Shown one piece after another: positions 51,579 through 61,948 of a DNA stretch of 64,000 nucleotides; position 1 is the stretch's first letter; every line of letters begins with the position of its first letter. The notes under the pieces were generated by a model. The model saw only the letters and a program-made list of their open reading frames with translations. It made no database searches and was not told the DNA's origin. A program made the translations under genes and the position numbers. The stretch comes from an uncultured Chloroflexia bacterium (GTDB taxonomy: Bacteria; Chloroflexota; Limnocylindria; Limnocylindrales; CSP1-4): assembly GCA_963833225.1 (NCBI GenBank), contig CAWHXD010000007.1, forward strand, positions 1 through 64,000, read 5' to 3'.

Positions 51579-52406
51579 ATGGCTGCGTCCCCGAGTCCGA
51601 TCTCCCGCCTGATCCCAATCCTGGTGCGCCTGTATCCGCCGGACTGGCGAGCTCGCTACGAAGAGGAGCTCGCATCCCTCCTGGCGGACACGGTGCTCAC
51701 GCCGTCGGCCGTCCTCGACATCGCGCTCGGTGCGCTCGACGCGCGCATGAGCCGCGACTACCCGTCCGAGGCGGGTGCCGGCAGAAAGGTCCGCCGTCCC
51801 ATGCTTGACCGTCTCGCGCCGCTCGCCATCGTCCTCGGTGGCGTGTTCCTGGCCATGTTCATCGCTGTCTTCCTCGCCGCCGGGTCGCCCGAGGGTTACC
51901 CCAGCAGCGGACTCATGCTGCTCCTTTTCTACATCGTGCCGATCGCGGTGGGCATCTTGGCGATCGGCATCGCCGGGATCTCCCTCAGGCGGCTGAGCGA
52001 CGACCCGGTCGCGCGCGGACTTGGCCTCCTGGCGTCCGCGTTCGGGCTCGCCCTCGCAGGGGCCATCCTCGCCCTGTTCTTCGTGGGCGGTGTCGCGTGG
52101 GCCTCGCTGTCGCTGCTGATGCCGACCTTCGCGCTGGCTAGCGGCCTGCTCGGCCTGCGGATGCTCGTCGCCAGCCCGGGGGCGCGTCTGAAGGGCCTGC
52201 TCCTGACCGCTGGCCTAGTCGCTGCCTTCGCCTGGACGGTCGGCTGGTACCTGGAAGGTTCCTCGGTCACGCGCAGCGCCCAGGAGATGGCATCGCTCCT
52301 CCAGACCCTCGGGTTCGGCGTGCTGTTCGTCGGCTGGCTCGCCGTCGGCTTGCTCGATCTCCGGGGCGACAGGGTGCCCACGGCCGGGCGGGTCTCCGCG
52401 ACCTAG
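51579..52406 (+). CDS. Membrane protein, PadR partner
   Basis: LYPPDWRARYEEEL N-terminus plus multiple TM helices. Confidence 0.75.
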   Translation: MAASPSPISRLIPILVRLYPPDWRARYEEELASLLADTVLTPSAVLDIALGALDARMSRDYPSEAGAGRKVRRPMLDRLAPLAIVLGGVFLAMFIAVFLAAGSPEGYPSSGLMLLLFYIVPIAVGILAIGIAGISLRRLSDDPVARGLGLLASAFGLALAGAILALFFVGGVAWASLSLLMPTFALASGLLGLRMLVASPGARLKGLLLTAGLVAAFAWTVGWYLEGSSVTRSAQEMASLLQTLGFGVLFVGWLAVGLLDLRGDRVPTAGRVSAT

Positions 52407-52487
52407 CGCGAACCAGCCGGGCCGGCGACCAGACGTCGCGGACCCTGTGCGATCCGGGCGGCGGGTGATGGAGACGGGAGGGCTGTG

Positions 52488-52925
52488 ATGTTCCGCGTGA
52501 GCGAGACGGTATCGGTCAGCAGGTCGCCCTCCGACGTGTTCCAGTTCGTCGCGGACCTGCGCAACTTCCCGGAGTGGCGGGCGAACCTCGCGTCCTCAGC
52601 GGTCGTGTCCGAGATCTTCACGGACGTCGGGGCCCGGTGCGACGAGCAGATCCAGATGGGCCCGCTAACCATCCCGGCCTCGTGCGAGATCACCGCCTTC
52701 TCGGCAGGGCGGAGTCTCTCGTTTCGGGCGCTGTCCTCCGGGCTCGTGTACGACGGGAACGTGGTCGTCGAGCCGGAACCCGGCGGGAGCACCTTCACCC
52801 TGTCGGGGGAGGTCCGCCTCAGTGGGCCCCTGCGACTGCTGCAGCCCGTCATCAGGGCACGCATGCAGGACGGCGTGCGCCGGGAGGCAGCCGCAGTCAA
52901 GGCCCGGTTTGAGGCGCTCGCCTGA
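52488..52925 (+). CDS. SRPBCC family protein
   Basis: SPSDVFQFVADLRNFPEW. Confidence 0.85.
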   Translation: MFRVSETVSVSRSPSDVFQFVADLRNFPEWRANLASSAVVSEIFTDVGARCDEQIQMGPLTIPASCEITAFSAGRSLSFRALSSGLVYDGNVVVEPEPGGSTFTLSGEVRLSGPLRLLQPVIRARMQDGVRREAAAVKARFEALA

Positions 52926-52930
52926 ACGCG

Positions 52931-53176
52931 TCAATCGTCCGAGTACTCCCCGCGCTCGGGCTCGGGCAGCCGCGGCGCGAGAATCCACACCTGCTGCGCC
53001 GTCGTCGTCACCCCCACCTTGGACCGGGCGTTCGCCAGGTGGTGCTTGACGGTCGAGTGCGAGATGCCGAGCCGGGCGGCGGCCGCCTTCTCGGATCCGG
53101 CAACGAGGACCGCGGCGACCACGACGACCTCGCGGTCCGTGGCGCGCTCGGCGGGGCGGGACGGCCGTCTGGTCAT
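52931..53176 (-). CDS. Small HTH protein, family 1
   Basis: Paralogue of 8688-8936 with the same ATGA coupling to the arm-C tail. Confidence 0.8.
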   Translation of the reverse strand: MTRRPSRPAERATDREVVVVAAVLVAGSEKAAAARLGISHSTVKHHLANARSKVGVTTTAQQVWILAPRLPEPERGEYSDD

Positions 53177-53256
53177 GCGCTCTGGAGCCATTCGGAATGC
53201 TCAGGAGGCTCGGCGAGACGCATGGTGATCGGAAGGTCGTTGGCGGCGGGCCTATG

Positions 53257-53272
53257 CCTCTCGCCCTGACCA
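53257..53272 (+). repeat. att core 15
   Basis: One mismatch; arm C. Confidence 0.85.
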
Positions 53273-53518
53273 GTCCCTTGGTCGCAGACACGCGTTCAGC
53301 CGACTCGGGCCAGCGCCGGCAGGTGATCGCGATCTCTGCCACTGGCTCTAACCTTCCGACCGCTGGACACTCCCGCGCGCGAACGATGCGTTCCATGCGT
53401 GGGAGGTGCCGGGAAATGCAGGACCCCGATCCGCTATGGAGCTGGCCGGCATCGCCGGCGCGTTCGTGGGCTTCGGGGCGCTCATCGCCGTGCGGGGTGG
53501 TGTGGTCGCCTGGCTATG

Positions 53519-53534
53519 CCCCTCGCCCCGACGT
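53519..53534 (+). repeat. att core 16 (degenerate)
   Basis: GGCTATG-CCCCTCGCCCCGACGT. Confidence 0.5.
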
Positions 53535-54301
53535 CGACGGCAGGGGTTGCCAGGCCGACGGAGGCAGTCCGTGACCAGTGCCTCTGGCGGGGGTGGTATA
53601 ACGCAACGAGACTCCGCACCCCACGGGAGGCTCTGGCGCGGCTCGAACCCTGGCCGCCGGAGCCGCGCCGAACCACTGGGAGGGACCAAGTGACGGGCTC
53701 CATGTCATCCGGGTCAGTCCAGGTCCAGTCATGACGGCAGGCACGCCAGACGCGTCGCGGGGCGAGGCGTTAGCCAGTAAGGGGCGGTCGATCTGCCAGC
53801 GCGCCTTGGCCGCGGCGTTGCGCGTCCTCTGCGATGGCACGGGCGGCATCGACGACACCAAGCTTCCCTCGGGTTACGCCGCGCCGTATCAGCGGGGTAG
53901 TCGCATGGTTCGCAACCTCTGGCACCTGCCTTTCTGACCCCAGCGGAGCGCTGCCGAGGCGGGTTGTACGTAGGCTCGAGTCTGGCAGTCAGATCGTCGA
54001 GTCCCTCCGCGCCGCCCGTGAGCCGCGTGTGATCGGCCCGTCCTACCAGGCGCAGCGCGCCGGCCGCGAGGCGCCCGATGGCTGACGCCCGAGGCGCTGG
54101 GCCGCCTTCGCCGATGCCGCGCCGGAGCTTGCTGCCCTCGAGCGCGAGGGCTTTGGCGAGCAGAACCTGACGGTGGGGAGTTGAGACCCATGGAGACTGC
54201 GCGATGCAAGTTGCGGTATGGCACGTTGGGGATCACGCGGCGAGGCGGATCGGGAGCGACCACATCGCCGGGACGTCAAGGTCGGTCGTGGAGGTTTGTC
54301 T

Positions 54302-54317
54302 CCTCTCGCCCCGACCA
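54302..54317 (+). repeat. att core 17
   Basis: Exact; arm A. Confidence 0.9.
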
Positions 54318-54421
54318 GACTGACCCCCACCACCGTGGGTCCGAGTCGCCGATCCCAGCGCAGCCATTGGTGTCGAGTCGCGCCCGTTGCCATGCCCGGT
54401 CGGCTGCTCTATGCTTGACTC

Positions 54422-54670
54422 ATGACAGCAAGAGTCAAGCATCGTCGACGCGGCTATACCCGGGTCAGCGCGAAGCACCAGGTGACGCTCCCGGTGGAGG
54501 CCCTGCAGCGGGCTGGCATCCGGACGGGTGACACCCTGCGTGCCGAGGTTCGAGGCCCGGGAGAGGTCCTCCTGGTCCGGGACGTCGATCCCGTGACCCA
54601 GTTCGCCGGCGTGCTGACCGGTGTCTACACGCCCGCCGAGCTCGACAACCTGCGCGACGAGTGGGACTGA
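54422..54670 (+). CDS. AbrB/MazE antitoxin
   Basis: TRVSAKHQVTLP..GIRTGD. Confidence 0.85.
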   Translation: MTARVKHRRRGYTRVSAKHQVTLPVEALQRAGIRTGDTLRAEVRGPGEVLLVRDVDPVTQFAGVLTGVYTPAELDNLRDEWD

Positions 54671-55074
54671 CCGTCCTCGACGCGGGCGTCGTGATCGCGG
54701 TCCTCGATGCCGGCGACACGCACCACGCGGTCGCCGCGATGGCGCTGACGGACGCGCGCGATCGGGGCGACGAGCTCGTCATCCCGGTGTCCGCCTACGC
54801 CGAGTGCCTCGTCTCGCCCAGTCGGACTGGGCAAGCGGCCGTCGTCACGGTGGACCGGTTCCTCGACGGCCTTCCCGCGCGTGTCGAGCCTGCGACCCGC
54901 GTCATCGGCGCCGCCGCGGCCGCCCTTCGGGGCGCGCATGGACCTTCTCTGCGCCTGCCGGACGCCCTGGTCGTCGCCACGGCCATCGTGCTCGACGCAA
55001 ATCGCATCATCACGACGGACGCGCGCTGGCCGGCACTCGCCGTCAGTGTCGAGGTGCTCAGCAAGGACGGCTAG
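54661..55074 (+). CDS. vapC: PIN toxin
   Basis: VLDAGVVIA, LRLPDALVVATA, ITTD. Confidence 0.85.
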   Translation: MGLTVLDAGVVIAVLDAGDTHHAVAAMALTDARDRGDELVIPVSAYAECLVSPSRTGQAAVVTVDRFLDGLPARVEPATRVIGAAAAALRGAHGPSLRLPDALVVATAIVLDANRIITTDARWPALAVSVEVLSKDG

Positions 55075-55084
55075 AGCCCGGGCA

Positions 55085-55366
55085 TCGATGGGCTCGGTTC
55101 TGCGGGGACGACTCGTTCGGCTGCGGGTGCACCGCGAGCAGCTGGGACCCCTGGACGTCGACCCGAGTGAAGATCTCGTGCAGCGCCTCCTCGCGCAGCC
55201 GGTCCGGGACTGCCGGGTTCCGCCAGAGGGTGCCGAACTCGGCCAAACGCTTGCGGGCGCGACGCAGCCGGGGCTCGTCGGGAAGCGCCGGACCCGAGAC
55301 CACAGGGCGCTCCGTGCGACGCCAGGCGCGACTGCACGCCTCGATCGTGAGCTTGCCGGCCGCCAC
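55085..55366 (-). pseudogene. Degraded LSR C-terminal fragment
   Basis: LAEFGTLWRNPAVPDRLREEALHEIFTRVDVQG resembles LPELW..AIAEAVFERIDV in the other LSRs. Confidence 0.5.
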
Positions 55367-55376
55367 TTCCCGCTAG

Positions 55377-56806
55377 ATCCCATAGGGTCTTGTCAAGCCT
55401 CGGCCCCCCAGTCCGGGTCGAAGTCCGCTCCGTTGCGCCAGACGCCCCAGACGATGCTCAGAGCCTTGCGCATGCAGTGGCCGAGCGCGTTCATCTTGCT
55501 CTTGCCGGCGGCCCGCTTCCGGGCGTAGTGGGCAGCGATGACCGGGTTGTGCTGGACCCCGACGACCGCCATCCGGTACGCCGCTGCCCGGAGGTTGGCG
55601 TTGCCGGCCTTGCTCATGTGCCAGGAGGTCTCGGGGTTCGCCCCCTTGCGGCCCGAGCTCCGCTCGGCCGGGTGGACGCCGGCATAGGCGAGGAGCTGGT
55701 CGAAGTCGGTGAAGCGCCCGATGTCGCCGATCTCAGCGAGCAGGGTGGCGGCGATCGAGGGCCCGACACCCGGGATGGTCTGGAGCCGGCTGGCCGTCTC
55801 GCCGTCGAGGAGTCCCGCGACCCGCCGGTCGGCGTCGCCGATCTGGCGTTCGAGCAGGTCGTACTGGTCGAGCAGGAGGTCGACCTCGAAGGCGATCTCG
55901 GCGTCAAGCCCGGGCACCGCGATCGAGTCGGCCGCAGCCGCCTGGAGCCACTCCGCCTTCGCCGTCCCGAGGCGTCGGTGACCCGGACCGGCATTGGCGT
56001 TGGCCAGGGTCGACGTCCGGCGACGGGTGGCAGCGCGTGCCGTCGGCGCGATGCGCAGCACCTCCCGGGCCGTTCGGCAGGTCGGGTCGTCGAACAGCTC
56101 GCCGAGCTCCGGGAAGCCGAGCTCGACGAGGCGGATGAGGCGCTGGCAGACCCTGGCCTGCTCGGTCACCAGGGTCATCGCGAAGCGGGCCGCCTGGCGC
56201 AGCTCGGCGCCGGCGAGCGGATCGCGGGTGTCGGGCGTGTCGCGCATGGCCATCTCGGCAAGGCTCCGGGCGTCGGCCGGGTCGGACTTCGTGCGGCCCA
56301 GGCGGCTCCTCGCAAAGTACTTCGCCGCGAGCGGGTTGACCACCGCGACCGGGACATCGCGCCGCCGCAGGTGACTGGCCAGCGGCATCCAGTAGTGGCC
56401 CGACGACTCCATCGTCACGAGCGTCACGGGTTCCGGCTGCTGCTCGAGCCAGGTGTCGAGGGCAGTGAAGCCCGCTCGGTCCTGGCTGACCCGGAGGATC
56501 TCCCGGTCGGCCCGGGACTCGCCGTCCCGGCAGCGGGCTGCGACGTGCGTCCGTCCCCCGATGTCGATCCCGATCGTCGTCATCCTGGCCAGCCTCCTTC
56601 GGCGGACCTCAAGGGGGTCCCGGACGCCCCGGCCGACGTCACCTGACGGGTCCGATCACCGGTCAACTGCCGCAGGATCCCGATCACCGTTCACGGCCGA
56701 AGGTCGGGGGCCGGACACTAGCGACAACGGTCATCTGCCGGATAGGGCTGCGCCGGTCTCCCCGTGGAGGTCGATGTCATGATCGACCCACAAGGCGGTA
56801 TATCAG
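55377..56806 (-). mobile_element. IS110 family element (recombinase 55393-56583)
   Basis: IGIDIG, MESSGHYW, KSDPADA, RSSG motifs; CT core at both proposed ends. Confidence 0.85.
56600..56795 (-). ncRNA. Putative IS110 bridge RNA
   Basis: 5' hairpin, then segments matching the reconstructed target (AGCCCTA, CGCTAG) and donor (GGGATC, TCAG). Confidence 0.6.
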
Positions 56807-56919
56807 GGCTCTGCGCGGGCCGCCTCCACGTCGACCGGATGCGGACACGATCGTGCGGAACGCTGTCGACGACCCCGCCGGATTGGGCGGTTCTCCAAGC
56901 CCACTGAGCGCCCACAGGC

Positions 56920-58748
56920 CTAGGTGGCCGGTGTGAAACGCGCGTTCTGACGGGCTGACGGACAGGCTCGGGCGCAGCGACGATTCTCCCTGGCAGGAGC
57001 TGCCGGGCTGATCGCAGGAGCACACCGATGTCGCAGGGATCCGCACCCCGCCAGGCCGACCTGTTCCGCGACACCGCGAGCTTCGTCGGGCCGCTGGTCC
57101 GATCCGACTCGATCCATGCCCTGCTCGCCCGAGAGTGCCACGCGCTGTTCCCTGACGAGCTGTTCAGCGACCTGTTCGCGGCGGGCGTCGGCCGGCGCTC
57201 GGTGCCGCCCCTGGTCGTCGCGGTCGTGATGGTCCTCCAGCGCCTCGAGGGCCTGTCCGACCGCGAGGCCGTCGAGCGGTACACCTTCGACGCGCGCTGG
57301 AAGTACGCCGCCGGCGGCCAGCCCTTCGATGCCCCGGGCTTCGCCCACACGGTGCTCGTCGACATGCGGGCGAGGCTCGCCCGCTCGGAGCGGCCCAACC
57401 GGATCTTCGAGCGCACGCTCGAGGTCGCGAAGGGTGCGGGGCTCCTCGGGGTGCGCCGGGTGCTCGACTCCACGCCCCTGTACGACGCGGTCGCGACCAT
57501 GGACACGGTCACCCTGGTCCGCTCGGCGATCCGGGGCGTGCTCGCGGCATCAGGCGAGCGCGAGCCCGGCCTGCGCACCGTCCTCCGGCGCGACGACGAC
57601 TACCGCCAGGGCGGCAAGCCCGCCGCGGACTGGGATGACGCCACCGCCCGGGCGGCCCTGGTCGACGCCCTCGCCCGCGACGGGGAGGCCGTGCTCGCCG
57701 GGCTCGAGGGCGAGCCGCTCGAGGCTCCGCTTGCCGAGGCCGCGGTCCTGCTCGCCACGGTGCTCGGCCAGGACCTCGAGCCGGGTCCGGACGGCCGGGT
57801 GCGGATCGCCCGGCGGGTCGCCCCCGACCGGGTGATCAGCACGGTCGATCCCGACACCCGCCACGGCCACAAGACGCAGGCCCGCGGGTTCGACGGGTAC
57901 AAGGGCCACGTCGCGATCGACCCCGACCATGAGCTCGTCACCGCGACCGCGGTCACCCCGGGCAACGCCGGCGACGCGTCGATCGCCCTTGCGCTGCTCG
58001 CGGACGACCTGGCGGACGCCGCACCCGCCACCCCGCCCGTCGTGTACGGCGACGCGGCGTACGGGACGGGCCCGCTGCTCGCGGCCCTCGGGCAGCACGG
58101 TGCCGTCAGCCGCCTCAAGGTCCAGTCGCCGGCCGGCATCGGGGGCCACTTCACCAAGGACGACTTCACGATCGACCTCGCCGCCGGCACGATCACCTGC
58201 CCGGCGGGCCGGACCGCGCCGCTGATCCGTCATGCCCCAGGCTTCGAGGCCCGGTTCCGGTCCGCCTGCGCCACCTGCCCGCTGGTCAGCCGGTGCACGA
58301 CCTCGGCTCGCGGTCGCTCGATCGCTGTCGGCCCGCACGAGGCGCTTCTCACTGCCGGCCGCGCCGACACGCGCGACCCCGCCTGGCTCGCCGACTACCG
58401 GGCAACGCGGCCGAAGGTCGAGCGCAAGCTCGCCCATCTCGTCCGCCGACGACACGGCGGGCGGCGGGCTCGTGTCCGCGGCAGGCTGAAGGTTGGCGCC
58501 GACTTCGCCCTCCTCGCCGCCGCGGTCAACCTCGCACGCCTCGCGGTCCTCCGGGTGACGGGATCTGGCGGGACCTGGGCGGTCCGGCCAGCCTGACGGA
58601 GGGCCAAGGCCCGCCTCGGGGAGCAGCCGGAGCACGCTCGGGGGACGGTTGCCGCATGATCCGGGCGCCAATCACCTGATCACATCCACAGACCACACGC
58701 GGGGTCCCGTCAGCCCGTCAGAACGCGCGTTTCACACCGGCCACCTAG
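56920..58748 (+). mobile_element. IS1182 family element (transposase 57028-58596)
   Basis: About 40-bp perfect TIR bounded by CTAG; LSDREA, LDST, GYKGH, YGDAAYG, RPKVER. Confidence 0.9.
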
Positions 58749-58749
58749 G

Positions 58750-58890
58750 GGCGGCCGGATCGGCTCCAGGCCCGGCACCACCAGCCACCCCTCCGCCCGC
58801 CCCTGGTAGATCAGCTGCTCGGTCATGAGGCCCGACCGAGCCCGCAGGTCGGCCAGGCGGCGCCTCACTGTGCTGGGCCGGATGCCCACA
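58750..58890 (-). pseudogene. Small HTH family 2 remnant
   Basis: GIRPSTVRRRLADLRARSGLMTEQLIY. Confidence 0.7.
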
Positions 58891-58971
58891 CCTCGACCCG
58901 GCGTGGGGCCACAGCGGCCGACCCGGCGGTCCGGCATGTTGGCGGCGCGGGACCTGCGGCAGATCGGGGCT

Positions 58972-59700
58972 TCAGGCAGCGAGCCCGATCACCAGCCACA
59001 TGAACGCAACGCCCAGCACCGTGCAGGCAATGGTCAGCCGGCTGGGGTGGTGCGCGTGGGCCTCGGGCAGGATATCGGAGGTCGCGAGGTAGAGCAGGAT
59101 CCCGGCGAAGAACCCGAGATAGAGGCCGAGGGCCGAACGGGGAAACGTGAACAGCAGGGTGCTCGCGGCCCCGACCACTGGGGCCAGCGCGTCGAGGGCC
59201 AGCAGCGTCAGCGCACGGCGGCGGTTGTTGCCGTACAGGGACGTGATCGTGTAGGTGTTGAACCCGTCGGCGAAGTCATGGGCGATGACGGCCACCGCAA
59301 CCGTAACCCCGACGGTCGCGCTTGCCTGGAATGCCACGCCGATCGCGAAGCCGTCCATCACGCTGTGCCCCACGAGCGCCGATCCGGCAAACAGCCCGAT
59401 CCCGGGCCTGTGCTGGTGGGCCGACCACTCGTCCTCGTGCGCGCGGTGGACCCCCATCCAGCGCTCGATCAAGTGCAGCACGAGGAAGCCCGCCACCAGC
59501 ATGATGAACGGAGCCTGGACGTGGAACCACAGAGCGGGTTCCTGGTCCAGGGCCTCGGGCAGCAGATCGAAGCCCACCACGCCCAACATCAACCCGGCGG
59601 CCAGGCCCAGCACGAGGTGCTGGTGGTCGCGGATCCGAAGCGCCGCCCATCCCCCGAGGAGCGTGGTGGCGAACGAGCCAAGTGAGACGAAGACCGGCAC
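58972..59700 (-). CDS. ZIP family metal transporter
   Basis: GLAAGLML..DLLPEA, HSVMDG, AHDFADG, DILPEAH. Confidence 0.9.
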   Translation of the reverse strand: MPVFVSLGSFATTLLGGWAALRIRDHQHLVLGLAAGLMLGVVGFDLLPEALDQEPALWFHVQAPFIMLVAGFLVLHLIERWMGVHRAHEDEWSAHQHRPGIGLFAGSALVGHSVMDGFAIGVAFQASATVGVTVAVAVIAHDFADGFNTYTITSLYGNNRRRALTLLALDALAPVVGAASTLLFTFPRSALGLYLGFFAGILLYLATSDILPEAHAHHPSRLTIACTVLGVAFMWLVIGLAA

Positions 59701-60220
59701 GGCGATCTAGCCTGCCGACGGGCGGCGGGGCCGGAGATGCGGCGATGCCCGATTCGCTGGCGCGACCGCGCCACGAGGAAGCCGACGGTGCACGGTTCCA
59801 TTCTGCGCAATTCGGCGGGCGTCAGCGGCCGCCCGCCCGAACGAAACCACGAATGGACCGCTGCGCCAGTGCCCCCCGACCCGCGCAGGCTGATGACGAG
59901 CTCGGTGTCCTCGGCCACGAGCTCCACGCGCTGGCCGCGGATGCCCGCCGACGCGGTGTGCCGGGCGCTGGCGAAGCGGACCGTCGAGAGCATGTCGATC
60001 TCCCACGAGGTGCTCGACGACGCCCTCGGACTCGGGACGGGCGGCCTCGCAGGAGTCGGGCCTGCGGCCGCACCCCGACCCGACCTCTGCTCCGTCGCGG
60101 GGTCGCCTACGACCCGACGGCCTCGGTGGACTGGCTGGAAGCTGCCTTCATCCGCTATCCCCGTGGTGACACAACTTCTCAGAGTCGGAAGCCTGACCAA
60201 TCGATATCGTCGTCGCGACT

Positions 60221-60236
60221 CCTCTCCCCCCGACCA
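60221..60236 (+). repeat. att core 18
   Basis: One mismatch; arm B. Confidence 0.85.
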
Positions 60237-60516
60237 TGAACAGCCGCCGAATCGCGTCACGAACCGGTTCCTGCGCGGGGCATCCGATCGCGCGGGGTTC
60301 AACCCCCACGGGATCTGTGATGCGGCTGCGCCCGCTGCGCCGCAGGCGGAGACCCGCGGGCTCCCGATGATGCGGCGATCGCCGACCCTGCTGGCCCGAG
60401 GTGGGGCCGTATGAGGCCGTGATCGCCGGATATGCGGGTGGCCTCATCGAGATGGCAGTCGAACTCCGGCGGTTCGGCCCTGAGCCACCGATGGTGCGGG
60501 GGCGCATCATGACCTC

Positions 60517-60819
60517 ATGACGAACCTCCAGGATCGGCGACGACCGAGGACCCAGGATGGACGGATCCTCGGCTGGATCTCTGGGCTCAGCCTGCTCCTC
60601 GCCCCATGGATCGTTGCCGGCGTCATCAGCACCTTGACGCCGGATCCGGAAGCGGCCTTTCCGTGGGGCTATGCATTTGGCCTTGTCGCCATGGCGGCCT
60701 GGATCGGCTTCGGAAGCTGGCGCATCCCCGGCTTCAGGAAGGGCGGTCTGATGGGCTCGGTGATGGCGCTTGGGGTCTTCGCCGTCTTGTTGGGCGTTCT
60801 GTTGCTGATGCAGCCCTGA
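60517..60819 (+). CDS. Small membrane protein
   Basis: Three TM helices. Confidence 0.6.
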   Translation: MTNLQDRRRPRTQDGRILGWISGLSLLLAPWIVAGVISTLTPDPEAAFPWGYAFGLVAMAAWIGFGSWRIPGFRKGGLMGSVMALGVFAVLLGVLLLMQP

Positions 60820-60933
60820 GTCGTCGTCACCCGGTTTGGATGGGCGTTCAGCCGAATCGGTATGCGCCCGGGCGGCGAGCGCTCTCTGGGTCCCCGGTCG
60901 AGACCCACCGGGCAGTCAGGCGAGCGGCGCCAC

Positions 60934-60968
60934 TGGCAAGTACTTGACAACTAGGACAGTACTTGCCA
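60934..60968. promoter_or_regulatory. Operator palindrome overlapping a TTGACA
   Basis: TGGCAAGTACT...AGTACTTGCCA. Confidence 0.55.
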
Positions 60969-61005
60969 CACTCGCGCCAACAGGTCGCAGAAGAGGTACG
61001 AGACC

Positions 61006-61482
61006 ATGACGAATGCCCTGGAACCGGCCGAGGCCCGGGAGGCACTCGCCGAGATGGAGCGGCGCCAAGAGCAGGTCATCGAAGGGACGCTCGTTCCAGG
61101 TTGGTATTGGTGGGCCGTGGCGCTCCTGACCGTGGGCCTTGGTGTCGGCGTCGATACGCGCGACCCGGCTGCCATCGCAGCGACCGCCGGCATCTTCGGG
61201 GTGGCCATCCCGCTGCTCACCGTGTGGATCGCGTTTGGCGGTCGCCGCCACGTGAAGGTCCATGAGCGGCTCCTCGGCTCACGCGGTGCGGGCCTCATCC
61301 TTGGCTTCGTGTGGCTCGTGGTTGGTGGCACCCTTGCGCTGGCGTTCGCCCTCCAGGCCGCGGACGTCCGACCCGCGGGGACGATCTCGACCCTCGCCTG
61401 TGCGGCCGTGCTCGTCGTCGGAGGTCCGGTCCTGATGCGGCGGCTTCGCGAGATGATGCGGCGCCAGGCGGGGGTCGGTTGA
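61006..61482 (+). CDS. Membrane protein
   Basis: Four TM helices; coupled to the wHTH gene. Confidence 0.75.
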   Translation: MTNALEPAEAREALAEMERRQEQVIEGTLVPGWYWWAVALLTVGLGVGVDTRDPAAIAATAGIFGVAIPLLTVWIAFGGRRHVKVHERLLGSRGAGLILGFVWLVVGGTLALAFALQAADVRPAGTISTLACAAVLVVGGPVLMRRLREMMRRQAGVG

Positions 61483-61874
61483 TGGCCACGCCACGGTTCG
61501 ACGAACTGATCCATGCCCGGACCCGGTTGTCGATCGTCTCACTCCTTGGCGCCTCGGACTGGGCGGAGTTCAGGTTTCTCCGCGAGTCCCTCGGTCTGTC
61601 CGACTCGGTGCTGTCGAAGCAGCTGACGCTGCTCGAGAACGCCGGCTACGTGAAGATCCGAAAGGCGTTCGTCGGCAAGCGACCCCGCACGTCGGTGAAG
61701 CTCAGCCCGACCGGGCGCCTCGCGTTCGAAGGCCACGTCCTCAAGCTCCAGGAGATCGCCCTGCAGGGTGGGACTTCGCTCGCCCGCGACGACAGATCGA
61801 CGATCGCGGACGATCCTCAAAGGCCCCCGGATCATGCAACAGCGTCGTCGCCCAGGGCGGACGCCAAGGCCTAG
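61482..61874 (+). CDS. Winged-helix (HTH_34-like) regulator
   Basis: FDELIHARTRLSI..SDSVLSKQL..LENAGYV. Confidence 0.85.
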   Translation: MATPRFDELIHARTRLSIVSLLGASDWAEFRFLRESLGLSDSVLSKQLTLLENAGYVKIRKAFVGKRPRTSVKLSPTGRLAFEGHVLKLQEIALQGGTSLARDDRSTIADDPQRPPDHATASSPRADAKA

Positions 61875-61948
61875 CGTTTGAAGGCCGCCGCCATCTGGCA
61901 CCACACCTGCAGGCAACTTCCCGCGGTGCGGGAAGTGTCGGTGCGACT

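Noticed and set aside
59737-60510. ORFs between the ZIP gene and core 18
   Set aside because: No motif or convincing start; probably decayed sequence
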